DNA of 63,715 nt, filler included, from Lenisia limosa (taxonomy: Eukaryota > Protista > Breviatea): assembly GCA_001655205.1 (NCBI GenBank). It is 5 parts of 5 records of this genome, joined end to end, with 100 filler letters (N's around TTAATTAATTAA, not from the genome) between each part and the next. Parts side by side here need not be neighbours in the genome. Positions count along the whole stretch, not along the records: positions 22,057 to 38,146 come from LPNZ01008978.1; positions 38,247 to 49,772 come from LPNZ01006078.1; 3 more parts are not named here. One strand, written 5' to 3'. Numbering within the stretch: the stretch's first letter is position 1; the number at the start of each line of letters is the position of its first letter. Below the pieces are notes generated by a model. It was given only the letters and a program-made list of their open reading frames with translations, was not told the DNA's origin and made no database searches. Below, in pieces: positions 24,750 through 38,340 of this stretch. A program made the translations under genes and the position numbers.

Positions 24750-27700
24750 ACTAATACTGTCCCACGTGACCTAAGAAATCCAAGTTCTGCCCGAGAGGTG
24801 ACCAAACCCGGCAACAATGGCCCGGATGGTGAGACCTCTTTTCCGCTTCTCCATCTGTCGCGGATGAAGGTACTCTTGACGTTGACGCTGTTATTACAGT
24901 ATATAATTGAAACACCACAACAGAAGTTCAAGTACAATTCCCATGAATACATGCCCACCTCCTCATGTCCCTGAATGTCCATGTGGATAAGTCGTTCAAA
25001 GGGCTTTGTGTCCTATAATATGAGGAAATGGCGAGAGGTCTTACTTTCATAGCCACCTCCATTGCAAGGGGGCAGATATGGACTGGCGGATTCTTGAGCA
25101 GTGGAAGATGCTCATGTGCTATTTTGTATGTCAGTTCCTAGGGGATGAATGGCATAGGCGACAATCATGAAAAAAAAGATCCTACAATAATGGTCCAATA
25201 CCCACAGCCAGCGGTTTTCTATCGTCAATGATGCCACGCCAGGTCGAAGAAAAGGTGCAGAAGCAAGACGTGTCTGAGGGGTCAACAAGTATCAGGCTGC
25301 AAATAATATCAAAGGAAACAGTCCTGCGGATTTGGCTGCATACTGGTCTGGTCCTTGGTGTATAAAATGCAATAAAAACGAGTTTACTTCGAGGCCTCAT
25401 GCCCCACCAGATACGAAGGGATGGCCGCTGCAGGAACATGGGTGGTAGTCCGCGATAGAGCAGCATATGTCGTCTATGACCTTTGAAAGCGAAGCGTCAG
25501 ACGAATCTCCTGATGTTAAAAAGTTGCGCAGTGACGTTATTCGGTGTGGATGACACCAATACGCAACCAACTAGGGCATACCTATGATGGCAGCCTTAAT
25601 GGCCTTGACGAACAAATAAGCCAGACTTGAGATGGACGTTTCTTCGATATGGAACATAGATATCAGATCTTCATTGTGGAAGTCCTCGTTGCTAAGAGGT
25701 CAGCTACTGCATCAAAACATCAAAGTTCAATAGAAAAAGAAAGGCTAAATCCGAAGAGCGATATTTTTGCTCAATTCAAACAGTAAAGCAATCAAGAGAC
25801 TTGCTTGGTGAATCGAAAAGGCTTACGCGGTGAATGAGAGTGAACACAGCTTGGGGAGGGTTGAGAGGGCCATGAGTGCTTTGGCTGTCGGCTGTGGAGT
25901 AACGGACTTGAATAGTGTTTTAAGGTACATGAAAGGTTGAAGCGAGAAACCAACCGTTGTTGACTCTAAAACGCTCAGGGAGGACAGGTGTTTGAGATCC
26001 TTTATCTTCTCATACACTGGATTGTAGTGAACAATGACAAATGACAACCAACACTGAGGGTGAACATCCAGGCCGTCGAGACAGAGCGAACACAGCGTTG
26101 GAAGGCCCATGACGGCGCTGAGGGTCGTGTCTGACAGCGTGACATCGCCACCCTCAGGGACCATGCTTCTCTCTTTACAGTGACTCTGGGGGGGGGGGCA
26201 TTACATCAAATGTGGCAGTATCCAACCAGATCGAGGGCTTTGATCGCGGTCAGTCTGTTGAAGGCTCGAGCTAGACGGCCTTTTTCAGTGCACCTAACAA
26301 CGGCATACCTTCAAATGTAAGCGGGTACCAATCAATTGTTTAACAGAAAATGATAAGCTGGGGAAACTCCAACTAAACTCCTACACTCATCTAACATTCG
26401 TAGCCACACTCATACAACCATTCCTCCATACTCGTCTTTGAATTCTCGAATTTGGAGAATACAGTTCCGCAGTGAAAGAAGTTCAAGTGATGGGTTCAAA
26501 CTATCGAGGGCCTATGGGTCATGAATCATGATATGATAGTGTGAACTAAAGTGTCAATTGTTTTCTGATAGAAGTGAAAGATACATGAAATAGTTCTGTC
26601 TTACTATAAACTAGTATATGATATCTATAGTATAATATACTACATGTAGTCATATATTATTCCATATTTTAAATTGCCACTCACATTGGAACTGATTATA
26701 GAGTTGTCCAGTTTGATCCATGTTAAATGGCTTAAACTGAAAATTGCATCCCACACTTGGGTAGAAAACTGACGAGGTAAATAATATTGACTAAGGTAAA
26801 AGAAAGCAATTTGGTACAAGTAGCATCCCTCCAACTAAATTTTGGGACAAATCCAACGCTTTTAACTTCTTGAGTTTTGAAAATGAATCGGCCATTGAAT
26901 GTGCGGATGACTTAGTTTCCATATTAGGAAGGCACCTACAAAAGAGTCATCCCTAATAATCCCATAAGACAGTATAGCATAATTTCCTCACAACCCACAA
27001 GGCTTGGATGTGTTTCATCTTGCGTAAGGTCCGAGCCTGGTACCCTGCGAATCGAGGCATTACAACGGACTTCAACCGCAGGAGACAGCGCTGTGGGGTC
27101 ACTTTGGAAATTGAAGGTTATACTGGGTCACACAGGACAGTTGAATTGGTTTCATTGGGCATAATGAGAAATGAAATTAGATCCATCCCACTTCAGGCAA
27201 TTTTGAAACTTGAGCATGACAGCCTGGCCAGCTCAATTCCGTCACATCCTTCAACTCAGCAAGCACTGATCGTTGGTTAGATCTTTAATTGGAGTTTCAT
27301 GAAACATCTCTTTGAACATGGTGATGATGCCCCTTGACGACACCCCCCCCCCNNNNNNNNNNNNNNNNNNNNNNNNNNNNNNNNNNNNNNNNNNNNNNNN
27401 NNNNNNNNNNNNNNNNNNNNNNNNNNNNNNNNNNNNNNNNNNNNNNNNNNNNNNNNNNNNNAATACGGCAAAGAAAAATATTAAAATGGGCTTGATACCA
27501 TGTACGGAACAATCTTGAAAATGCTATGATCTTGAAATTCGCATTCATAAACTCGGTCAAAGCCCACTCTTCTTGCCAGGTATCTCAAAATCCAGGGGGA
27601 AAGCAAACCACGCTTCCTTAAGTTGTCTTGGATTCTACATGTGTCAGGGCTAACATATTGAAATGTCCTTGTACAAAGACATGCTAGACGCACTCTTGGG

Positions 27701-27870
27701 AGTCAAGCGGCGAGAGGTTGGCAAAAGACGCACCATAGTGTGCCGTGATCTTGCGGCATGTTTGCTGGGTGGTCAAGACTACAAAGCTGCCACGTCAACT
27801 CTGATATTACCCACCTCCAAAGCCAGCTCGCGGAGAGCAGGAGATGTTTTCCGCTTCCGATACGGCTCAT
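24750..27870 (-). CDS. Leucine-rich-repeat protein, possibly F-box/LRR; boundaries uncertain, could be two genes
   Basis: Exons with LRR-like spacing: IFSLSHLTWIKLDNS, SLELLSLRNC, FNRLTAIKALDL, MGLPTLCSLCLDG, IKDLKHLSSLSV, LSTLPKLCSLSF. Confidence 0.55.
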
Positions 27871-28687
27871 TCGCATCCATAACTNNNNNNNNNNNNNNNN
27901 NNNNNNNNNNNNNNNNNNNNNNNNNNNNNNNNNNNNNNNNNNNNNNNNNNNNNNNNNNNNNNNNNNNNNNNNNNNNNNNNNNNNNNNNCGGGTTTATTTG
28001 TTGGTGATTATTAAGAATCTTTATCAACATTATTGCCTTGACTGTTTCACAAAAAGGGTGGTTATGCTAAAACGCCATGCTTATTCGAAAATTAAGAAAC
28101 AGTGAAGAACACCATTTAGCATACCGATAGAGCCGAAAGGGGTACTACAATTGAAGAAAGAACACCGAAGTCACCAAGTTATCGTAGCATTATATAAACA
28201 ATAAAAACTTGCTTAAACTTGAATCTTTGAAATTCCCGGGGCGCCCTGGGTCTCATGAAATATAAGGAAGGGACTAATTTTCCGAGAATATACCCGCCGG
28301 CGTCCAGGGAACTGTGAATTCTCTCACGCTTCCCAAGCCGTAGTATAATGATATATACACCCCATGTTCCAAGCTTCTTCTACGGCTCTTCTTCCTTCCT
28401 GCTTCTTCTCTGCTGCCTGCAAACTGAAAACACTATAACACTATAACAGCACTATAACAGCATTATAAGGTGGTTTGCTGGTTTGCTGGCGGTAATAAGT
28501 ATCAATAAAGCAGCCAGTTTTTCGCACCCACTTTGGTATTTTAGCAACCCACCAAGTAAGCGCATAGACACAAACACCTACATTCTCCTCCTTCTTTATT
28601 TTCCAAACAAATAGCCAAGTTGTGAAGATTGTACCATTGTTAGTATTTTTATTTTTTTAATCCCTGAATTCCACTTTTGACCTTTGA

Positions 28688-30683
28688 ATGGCTGCTAACC
28701 GACGGTCAGATGGCGACGATGCTGAGCGTCACGACCGGGCCGTGGGCCGTGGTGGCTGTGGGGGACGAGATCACAGCCTTGGAGAGCCATAGTAGGTGTT
28801 GTATCGTGTGTGTGATGTTTTTATGTGATTTTATGCGTTTATGTTTCTAAACCTTAGCTTTACATATTATCGATATTGCTATGATATGTTTTTTGTGAAT
28901 ACGATAGTAGAGCGGAAAGTTGTTATAGGGTCAAGGGAATATGTCGGCAAATGAAAGCTTTTGTTGATGCCCCAGACATTCTTCCTCCTCTTGCCGGGCT
29001 TCTGTGTGGCAAACGGACGGGTAAAGTGGTAGAAGTCAACAGTGCCGTTGTGGTGGACGCGCTGTCTAGGTCAGGAGGTGAGCTGCTCTGCGATTCCTGA
29101 CAATCTCCAGGACCACTTTTCGTTCGCACTGCGCTTGATGAATCCCTGAAGTTTTACCTCAGCAATTGGAAGGAGGCTGAGATTGTTGGATGGTGGTTCG
29201 TGACGACGGATGGTGTCGGCATGGTTGAGAGCCCCGAAGTAATAAAAAACACCCATTCTCTGGTCAGTTTTAGTCATAGAGCTATATATTTCTCGTATAA
29301 GGCAACTTGTCACATTTGTATTGTCTTGTTTTATGGTGAATTTCAGTTGAAATTCTATATCATATCATATTATTTAACAATATGAATGTACCAATGAACG
29401 ATTCACAATGTGGAACTGACTTTCAGATTTCGGACCTAATAGAAGAGCCAATAGTCTTTGAGTTTCCCCTGGATTGGAAGGCAAAGGGCCACGTGATGAA
29501 TAGGAAGCTGTTTAAGTCCTTTATGCTCAACCAGAATGGACAATTCGTGGAGGTGGGTGGTTTCAAGCTGATGAATTATCAAGAGTTACTGGGGCTTCAC
29601 TTCAAACAATAAAAGTATAATATCGTGGGTTTTCGAGGATTTATCGAGAAATTCAGTCATTTTTCGAACCGAAGTGAAGCCCTTGAGTAACGCCTTACTA
29701 AGTGCCTCAGATAGCATCATCGATGCTGGCGTCCCCAGCTGAGAGGGTAGTTCTTAGTCAAGTGGCCAATTCAACCACTTCCACGGAGGTGAGCATTGGG
29801 GCTGAAGGGAAATAATGAGGTCCGGCTTTTTCATCTTTTTAGGTATCCGAAACCCCAGGAACTGAGATTCTCGCCCGCTTAGACTTTATTGCGGAGTAAG
29901 TGTATCATATGCTTTGCGCAGTACTCACCACATGTGGAAGCAACTACATTGATTTTCCTTCAACCAAATGGACACACAGCCTGTTTTTACTATTTAGAAA
30001 TTTTGAAAAAATGGACCAAAAGAAGATACCTCTCCACATCCTCAGAAATGTATGTTCTGATTCAGGCATGTACAGCACCATTTTTGTTCAGAATTGAACA
30101 TTTCAGCTCTCTGGAGTTCTGAAATGGCAAAGCACGATGCAGCTTGGTCCCCCGGCTCGTGATCCGCTCTACGCTTCTATGTTGGCCCAGGCGCTGGAGG
30201 TCATTGGCTTATTGCTTAAATCATGATATCATCCTTAATATGCCTTGAACTGTCCATTCAAATATAGGTTGAGGTGTTTTTTGTTGACCGAATCATGAAA
30301 AGATTGTATTAAAGTGGTACCATTGATTACTCATCAAAATAACCTTATCCTAGGTTCTGGAGTCCTTGTCAACGTTCATGGATGTGAATGCAATATAGTG
30401 ATCACCCCAGCCCGCTGCTGTTACTCCTAGTTTTTGATCTTGGCTTGGGTTCATCAGTGTCGGCACTTCTGCTCTTAGTCAGCGGAGCTCCAGGGTGGTC
30501 TCGCGGACTGTGGAGTTAACAAATCACACAAGAAATGCGATAACCCTCCCCCACGATTTTTGAGACTTGGCTCGAGACGAATGCGGGTTGGGAGTGTCGA
30601 GAGGGGTGGTGCTTGAGCCCGCACAACTGGCAAAACTGCCTGTTGACGACAATGGAGTGGATGGAATGTACCTGAAGTCGTGA
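28688..30683 (+). CDS. MPN(-) domain protein, COP9 signalosome subunit 6-like
   Basis: LAGLLCGKRTGKVVEVNS, EAEIVGWW, FKSFMLNQNGQFVE|..LASPAERVVLSQVA match the CSN6/Rpn8/eIF3f pattern (G.L.G, VGWY, aERi.vdhVA). Confidence 0.6.
29620..29684. mobile_element. Half copy of the hAT-type MITE
   Basis: ...TTTATCGAGAAATTCAGTCATTTTTCGAACCGAAGTGAAGCCCT, lying in an intron of the CSN6-like gene. Confidence 0.75.
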
Positions 30684-31544
30684 ACAGGGAAAACAAAAAA
30701 GTGATGTAAAATAACATGACAATGAAACAATATTAAGCAAGATCCAAAAAATGATATGAGTATTATAATATATTGTTCTTTGAATCAGATACTCGATCAC
30801 AGAGTGTTTGAATCTGGAAATGCATTGTTTCTTGTTGAATACGCGTAGAAAAGAAAGTGTTGCTGAAGCAAACACACCAGCAAGAGTAAACACTCAAGTC
30901 ATACTGGCAAGAGCAATCAGAGCAAGCCCCCCCCCCCCACCTTGGGGNNNNNNNNNNNNNNNNNNNNNNNNNNNNNNNNNNNNNNNNNNNNNTGAACTGG
31001 CACGCGAAGATGCACGCGAAGATGCGCGCGAATGTGTCTGTGAAGCCTGCTTCTGCTGATCTGCAATTATTTCCTCAAAAAGACTGAGGGAGTGGGGGGG
31101 GGGGGTAAAATGATGACTGAATTTACATGAAAACGAAAAAGAGAGAATGAAAGTAATTATTCTTGCTATTTTCTCACCTATCGATAGTGGGTCTTTGTAA
31201 TAAGACTTCCAAAGAGTCGTGGTACGGTTTTCTGCATTATAGTAAACAAACGAAGGATAGGTTAAAAAAATAAAGAACCACAGGCTCTTAATTTCCGTAC
31301 AAGTTCAAATTTCGATTTTCCATCATCTGCCCACATTTTTCTATGTTTTTCAATTTCATCTGAATGCTCAACAGCAATCATGGAGGTAATTGTTAAGATC
31401 TTCTTGTACCAGTTGTATTCCTAAACGCGTGACAACAATGTTACTGTGCCAACCCTCCACAGAAACACGTCACCATCACTGCCCCCAGAAGCGAAGCAAT
31501 ATTCGTTAAGTTTGATGAGGTGCTGCACAGGCATGTCATGGCCG

Positions 31545-34300
31545 TCAAGCATACTGAGGGGTGAGAGTACTATGCTTTGGAATATGCTGGACAAACGCTA
31601 TGATGGCAGGGTGGTGCTTTTGAGACTTCTTCTTTTTGCCGGGTTTGATAGCCTTTTTCGTAAGGCTTTTGCCAGCAATGGAAAAGGAAAAGGATTCAAG
31701 CCACAGAAGTAATACATATCCTAGGCTTGGTTGCCTGACTCTCTTCTTTCTTAAGTACATATTATTGTATATTCTAACACGAGAAACAAATTTCATACTA
31801 TATTCTAATTAGAAATGAAAAACAAGTTGTATCTAGCCGAAGCCGTCCACACCATTACGCTTATAAGAGATAATAATAATAATTCACCCAATCATTTGCC
31901 TTACAACTCTGTGCACACAGCTTTCTGCGTGCCTCCCCAACATACAATATAATTATACAGAATAATAGTATTAGTCCTAAAATATTTCAATATTTCACCA
32001 CATACTTTGCTGACTTCCCAGACTTTGACAAGGGTATCGTCAGAAGCGGTAGCAAAGGCATAGCTAAATAGTAAAAGCGAAGTGGACATCTCATGAATGT
32101 ACGATATTAGACTTCAATATTCGAGAGCAACAGTTGGATCAAGTGATTGTTAGAGTTGGACTGTATGGTATCATTGTTGCAATCCGACCCACTCGTGAAC
32201 AAGGGAAATGACATGGTTTATAGCAGCCAAGTGGGCGTCTAGAGTGTTAATCCGAGGAAAGAGGAAAGTACAATCAACAACATGTACTTTGTCCAAGTAT
32301 TCTCTTACTTTTGACATGGAAGACCTTAGAAAACGAGCCATCTAGGCTGTATCCGACAATATCCACACCAACGGCACAGATCAAATGGATCTAATCATGT
32401 TAGCAGGAAAATAAATAATATTATATGTAATATCATATTTATTTAAAAAATATATGAATGTACTATATTATATGATATCATACCTTATAAAAAAATTTAG
32501 TTCAAGATTATCTCAATTAAATAATCGTTTAAGCTTCCTAGCATGATCATCTTATATTTAACTGGAAATATTATGCAACCATATTCCATATGATATAGTA
32601 TGATATGTAAACTCCACAAACAGAGGATAACGTAAGGCTTCTGACCGAGTGCATATAATGGTGGCTTTCTTTGTTGACATACTCATCAAAGTACTGAACC
32701 ACCCTAAACTTATCAAAACCATTCCTGTATCAGAAACTCACAAACTTTTCAGCCAGTAGAACACCGTCATTGCCAACGGACCACGCGATAATAGTCCCAT
32801 CCAGTGCCCCAGTGAAGAGCCACTGTCCGGCTGTCGGGTCAAATCGGCAGCAAACATTTGATCAGTGAGTTACACTTCAATACCACCTACTGTCGGAAGC
32901 GCACATGACAGTTATCGGTTCCCTATGGACGGGGGAGTGCACAATAGACCGGCTCAGTGATGAAGGGCTTGATACGTCATAACGCGAGAACAGCAGATCG
33001 GAAGATGTGTACAGGGCCTTGAGATTGGGAACTTGAGACATGATCCTGAGGTCTGCGGGGGGGGGGGGGGGNNNNNNNNNNNNNNNNNNNNNNNNNNNNN
33101 NNNNNNNNNNNNNNNNNNNNNNNNNNNNNNNNNNNNNNNNNNNNNNNNNNNNNNNNNNNNNNNNNNTGGGAGCCCATCGGCAGATCCGTCGGTCCGCGCC
33201 GCTCGTCACAAAAGAGTTATCACTGAGAACCTCCAATGCCTGTGGTGCATCAGGAAGGGGAAGAGTTGTCTAACTTACTACATTACACATAAACAATGCA
33301 CTATTACAACCCAGCCACAATCCAACCTGGATGGCGGCGGAGTGACACGTCACCTCAGGGCCTGCCTTCCCTCTATGCGTCCAAATCTAACAAGTAAAAC
33401 AGCAGGAGAGGTGAAGTGGTACTTTTCGTTTATTTGCCACAAGTATCTCATCATACCCGGACAGTGTGGTCCTTTGATGCTGATATCAATCCCTCACTCT
33501 GCGTCTCCGCAATGGCTGTTACCGCCTTGGTGTGGCCTAAAAAGCCGTAAATACCTTTGAACAATCCGACGATAAGAACATCAATGTTTCAAGAAGGATT
33601 CAATTTTCGATTTCACTGATGTCGCAGTGAGGGAAGAAATAAAACAAAATCTTGGAAAGTTACTGATTCATACACCCTTCAAACCCGTTTCATAAGGGCT
33701 CTAGAGCTACACCCTTCTCACCCATTTCCTGAAACATCGCACAAACCTCGTAATTTCAACATTCTTCCGCCGGTTGATGAATCAAAAACACAAATAAGCC
33801 CGTCATTAAAACCCACTGCGAACTGCCTGATGATGTAAGACATAGACGAAAAAGCGGAGATTAAGACACCCTCCCATACGCTCCGTCGAAACGAGTTGAG
33901 AGAGCCGTGACGGGATGATCGCGAGAGGCCACCATTATGCAGTGTGTGCGCCAGCCCTCAAGATCAACTGCCTTGGCATCTAATATATAGGTGATTTGTT
34001 TTCTGTCAAAGAAACTGGATTGGTGTGACTGTTATCATAGTTTGGATAGATCGAAATAAAATATCTTATTTCACTTTGAAACCGAATTTCAAATATTCAG
34101 CCCACCTCCCGAGGCGCTAGCTCTGCTGCTGTAGTCACTTCGCTGGCTTCTCAGCGACTCCGGCGGGGTGCTGAAGGAATGCGCTGAGCCTGAAGGGTTA
34201 ATGCGAGGCTTCAGACTAAATGATCGTTTCTCAACAAATGCAATGTCAGAAGTCAACACCACATTTTTGAGGAAGTGTGTGATGGCTTTCATGAACAAAA
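31545..34300 (-). CDS. WD40-repeat protein; ends uncertain
   Basis: GHTKAVTAIAET..LISASKDHTVR|IW, FVTSGADRRICRW, WLFTGALDGTIIAW, LDAHLAAINHV, FATASDDTLVKVWE. Confidence 0.8.
31832..31938. repeat. Dispersed repeat family A (other pieces at 46690-46751, 59971-60002 reversed, 60173-60254)
   Basis: Shared blocks TCTAGCCGAAGCCGTCCACACCATTACGCTTATAA, ATTCACCCAATCAT and CAACTCTGTGCACACAGCTTTCTGCGTGCCTC across three scaffolds. Confidence 0.8.
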
Positions 34301-34771
34301 TAACCAATAGCGCCTACTAAATGTTTCTTGCTCAACCGCAGGTTTGGCTTGCGACTGTCCCATGGTGGTGTGTTAATTACATACTTACTTATGATATGAT
34401 ATATGTCAGAACAATATGTGACAAAAGATGGGATAGATATATCAGCCAGCTTCAAATTTCCTTTGTTTTAAAATGATTTTACTGTGATGAAAGCATGAAA
34501 GATGAAAAAGAACGCACAAGAACACCTTGTGACCCGCCGCCGCAGGTGGGCTAATTTCTTCTTCCAGGGATTCTTTGTTTATGTACTTTACTACCCACTC
34601 ACCACCATTTTTATTTACATTTTACATTTTTACATTATTCCCACGTGTATTTGATGGAAAACGCTTTAGTGTTGAGATTAAAAGTTTAGTTAGCAGTATT
34701 TTGGCCTCTGGCCAACTGTAAAAGCTACAGTGTACTGAATATTCAAAGGAGAGCTTGGCAGATTAGCAAGA

Positions 34772-37700
34772 ATGTGGCTCAGTATTATTTTGCTCTCGCT
34801 TCTAGTTCATTTAGCTGTCTCACATGAGCACCATTGTATTCAACATGATATTCAAGAAATAGATCGTGTCGTTTCAGTCGTCCAGGACTACCCTGAAGGA
34901 GCACATGAACGGGCGAGGTCAGCTCTTCCTCCTCCCGAAGGTTTGCCAGGGATTCATTGTTATTCTTGACCCCGTTGGCGTTTATTACAGTGTTACCGAC
35001 ATGTAGCAATGAGTCGGCGAGCAGTCTCCGAAGTCACCCAGGACTACGGGACTGAAGATGAGGGGAAGATTCGCCTTGTCTTCAACACCGATTATCTGAC
35101 TGCCGACCCGAACATGTGCACCGACGGCGTCACAACTGTCACTGTGAGTTAAAAAATGGATTTGCTGGTCTCCTCGGGCCAACTTGGGATTGTTTGTCAT
35201 TTGTCATTGGTTTCTTACAACTTCAGGCGCGTGGGGTCACGTACACCTGTACAACAGATGATCTTCTGACAGCCGCCAAGAAAGACTTCATCGTTGACAC
35301 TCTTCTGCCCAAAGCCATGGTTCGCTCACGCTTTGTCGATCTAACAGGCACACAATCCCAACTGTATGGTACTGACCAGTTAGACGTTCTTCAAGGAGAC
35401 ACTTTCAGTCGTATCAGTTGTTAACAACCTGGCTGCCGACAACGTCGACTGTAACTGTAGGCGATTAAGCCTTTATCCTGTGTTCTAATCCCTTAGATCA
35501 CTCAATGCCGGCGTCCTTTCTCACGGGTGTCGCCGACGCGGTTCGTTGGGATAATTCAATGTCGATGTGTTCTTAATTTGAGAAAATTNNNNNNNNNNNN
35601 NNNNNNNNNNNNNNNNNNNNNNNNNNNNNNNNNNNNNNNNNNNNNNNNNNNNNNNNNNNNNNNNNNNNNNNNNNNNNNNNNNNNNNNNNNNNNNNNNNNN
35701 NNNNNNNNNNNNNNNNNNNNNNNNNNNNNNNNNNNNNNNNNNNNNNNNNNNNNNNNNNNNNNNNNNNNNNNNNNNNNNNNNNNNNNNNNNNNNNNNNNNN
35801 NNNNNNNNNNNNGCGCAACCCGCCCCGGACGGTGTCATTGCATATGCCGGTTACTGTCAGACTGACCAGGTGGGCCCCGGGTATGGTTAATGTGTAATCT
35901 GTTCTGAATTTCGGTTAGGGTTTATGTACAATAAAGGCAAAGACTTTTGGGCGTGAAAGTTGGGCAATTTACACTGTAGAAAGGAAGGCCTACTATTGGC
36001 TTTGTCAACTTCGCACCAAGTAAACTCGGGTAGGTCATACTCACTGTTGTTGGTGTGCAGTTTCCATTGTAATTCCCAAGGTTTGAAACGGAGTATCTTG
36101 TGGCCCCCCTGAAGAACCCGGATTGGGCCAGTACCTTTGGCGTTGTTATACATGAGCTGGTCCACGCTCTTGGCTTCACTCGTAAGTTTACTGGTTTCTT
36201 CCTTTCGCATGATTGTCAGTTATGTCACTTACTTTTGCTCATGTTTCTTTGTTTTTGATTCCAATAAATAAAATGGACTCGATCTCTTCAGAAGAGCTGA
36301 CACCCTCCCCCCCCCCCNNNNNNNNNNNNNNNNNNNNNNNNNNNNNNNNNNNNNNNNNNNNNNNNNNNNNNNNNNNNNNNNNNNNNNNNGTAGGTGTCAA
36401 TCTCCCTGTCTCCTCCGTCAAGTCCACTGAAACGGTATGGCTTCGTGCAGCTGTCCCACCTTTGTGATGAAGTGTTGCCACCAACACCCCGATGTTTTTG
36501 TTTTTGTGTCATCTGGTTTTTGTCGTTTTAGCGCTGGTTGCTCGTGTTTGTTATTGCTTGGTATTGTTCAGTTTTTGTTTGGAGTTTCAGATTATTCGAT
36601 TTGTTCCTTTGCGCTAATATTCTTCTCGAAATTTCCTTCATTTTACTCACCCCCCCCCCCAGGTCGGNNNNNNNNNNNNNNNNNNNNNNNNNNNNNNNNN
36701 NNNNNNNNNNNNNNNNNNNNNNNNNNNNNNNNNNNNNNNNNNNNNNNNNNNNNNNNNNNNNNNNNNNNNNNNNNNNNNNNNNNNNNNNNNNNNNNNNNNN
36801 NNNNNNNNNNNNNNNNNNNNNNNNNNNNNNNNNNNNNNNNGGATGATGGTGGAGACGGCACTTCTGGCAGTCATTGGGAGAAAAGAGTCTATTTTGATGA
36901 GTGAGGAGGTATAGCTATGTGTTTTTGAGGAAATGTACTATTGTGATCCGCCTAACACACACCAGGTTTATGACAGGCACTTCTTCCCAGAACCCTGTTC
37001 TCAGCAAGCTTACTTTTGCGTTCTTGCAAGGTGATCGGGGTTCCCATAGTTCTATATATCTTCAAGCTTACTTTTGCGTTCTTGCAAAGTGATCGGGGTT
37101 CTCATAGTTCTATATATCTTGATCTTCATCAACATTTGCATTGACCCCCCCAGACACAGGGTGGTATAAAGTTCTGTCACTGTCGTCAATGGCCGTGGAT
37201 TTGCAGTTCGGCTACCACACAGGCTGCGATTTTGTGACTGTGAGGGGATAGAGGTTGTTATTTGGTAACAAGTCGATTGTACCTGAAATCCAGTGAAATG
37301 AATCCCCTGACTCCCCAGGGCTCATGTACATCTCCAGCGTGGCAGAACCTCCCTGGTGGCTTCTGCTCTGAAGTAGGTCTTCACGATGTTGATTGCCCCC
37401 CCCCCNNNNNNNNNNNNNNNNNNNNNNNNNNNNNNNNNNNNNNNNNNNNNNNNNNNNNATGTCAAAATCGGTGTGTACGGTGACGGAGTACCAAACGGCC
37501 ATAGCAAGCGAGCTTCAGTGGTTCGTCGGATTGCCGAATAAGGGAGGCAGAGAGGTGGGCATTGGATGTATTTGGGGCTTCACTTCGGTTCCAAAAAAAA
37601 CGGATTTCTCGATATATCCTCGAATAACCCGTTTTTCGAACCGAAGTGAAGCCCTAGTTATATTCCAAGTTGCTAGTTTGACACTCAACACGCAGAACAT

Positions 37701-38064
37701 GGACTATTGCCCCGTCTTCTCGCCGTACTCCAACGGCGATTGCACCATCACTGCCAACGCTGACCAGTACACTGAAATCTTCGCAGAGGAGGTTTGCGAT
37801 CCTTAATTGAATCTAAAACTTGAATATCATCAAGATCGGGAGTAGTGTTTTCGTTGACTGAACATTTTGCAGCACTTTACTGCGTAGTTTGGTGATACGT
37901 CTCGCTGTTTCGACTCCTCTCTGGTGGAAAGTTCGTACCAAGAAGGCGAAGATGTCCAAAAGTGCTACAAGTGCGTGGCTGGCTTGATGATTCCTTTGAC
38001 TGCACCAAAGACGATTGATCCTCCTAACCCATCAGAGCCGTTTGCCCAGCCGCTGACATTTTAA
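34772..38064 (+). CDS. Leishmanolysin/GP63-like zinc metallopeptidase (M8); 3' end uncertain
   Basis: Signal peptide MWLSIILLSLLVHLAVS, HHCIQHD propeptide, KIRLVF, VIHELVHALGFT (HExxH), DDGGDGTSGSHWEKRVYFDE|FM, LSKLTFAFLQ|DTGWY, FGYHTGCDFV. Confidence 0.9.
37573..37656. mobile_element. hAT-type MITE inside a GP63 intron
   Basis: TIR (T)GGGGCTTCACTTCGGTTC / GAACCGAAGTGAAGCCCTA; 8-bp flanks GATGTATT / GTTATATT (6 of 8 match). Confidence 0.85.
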
Positions 38065-38146
38065 TGGTTTCTGTCAAGGATAATTGGGTGACCTGTCAGG
38101 AGGGAGGAGAGGTGTGGGGGTGCTTTAACGATTGAACTCGCTTCAA

Positions 38147-38246
38147 NNNNNNNNNNNNNNNNNNNNNNNNNNNNNNNNNNNNNNNNNNNNTTAATTAATT
38201 AANNNNNNNNNNNNNNNNNNNNNNNNNNNNNNNNNNNNNNNNNNNN
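38147..38246. other. Artificial scaffold-joining spacer
   Basis: Same 44N-TTAATTAATTAA-44N structure. Confidence 0.95.
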
Positions 38247-38340
38247 TTTGCCTTGGTTGCCGATCCCCTCCCCATAGCGTCATTTTCTTGAAGTTTCGCA
38301 ACGATGTTTTCGAGCTTCATTGGAACACCGAGCTAAGTTG

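Noticed and set aside
8510-30683. Functional clustering of UBC12 (neddylation) with the CSN6-like gene (deneddylation)
   Set aside because: They lie on different scaffolds separated by an artificial spacer.
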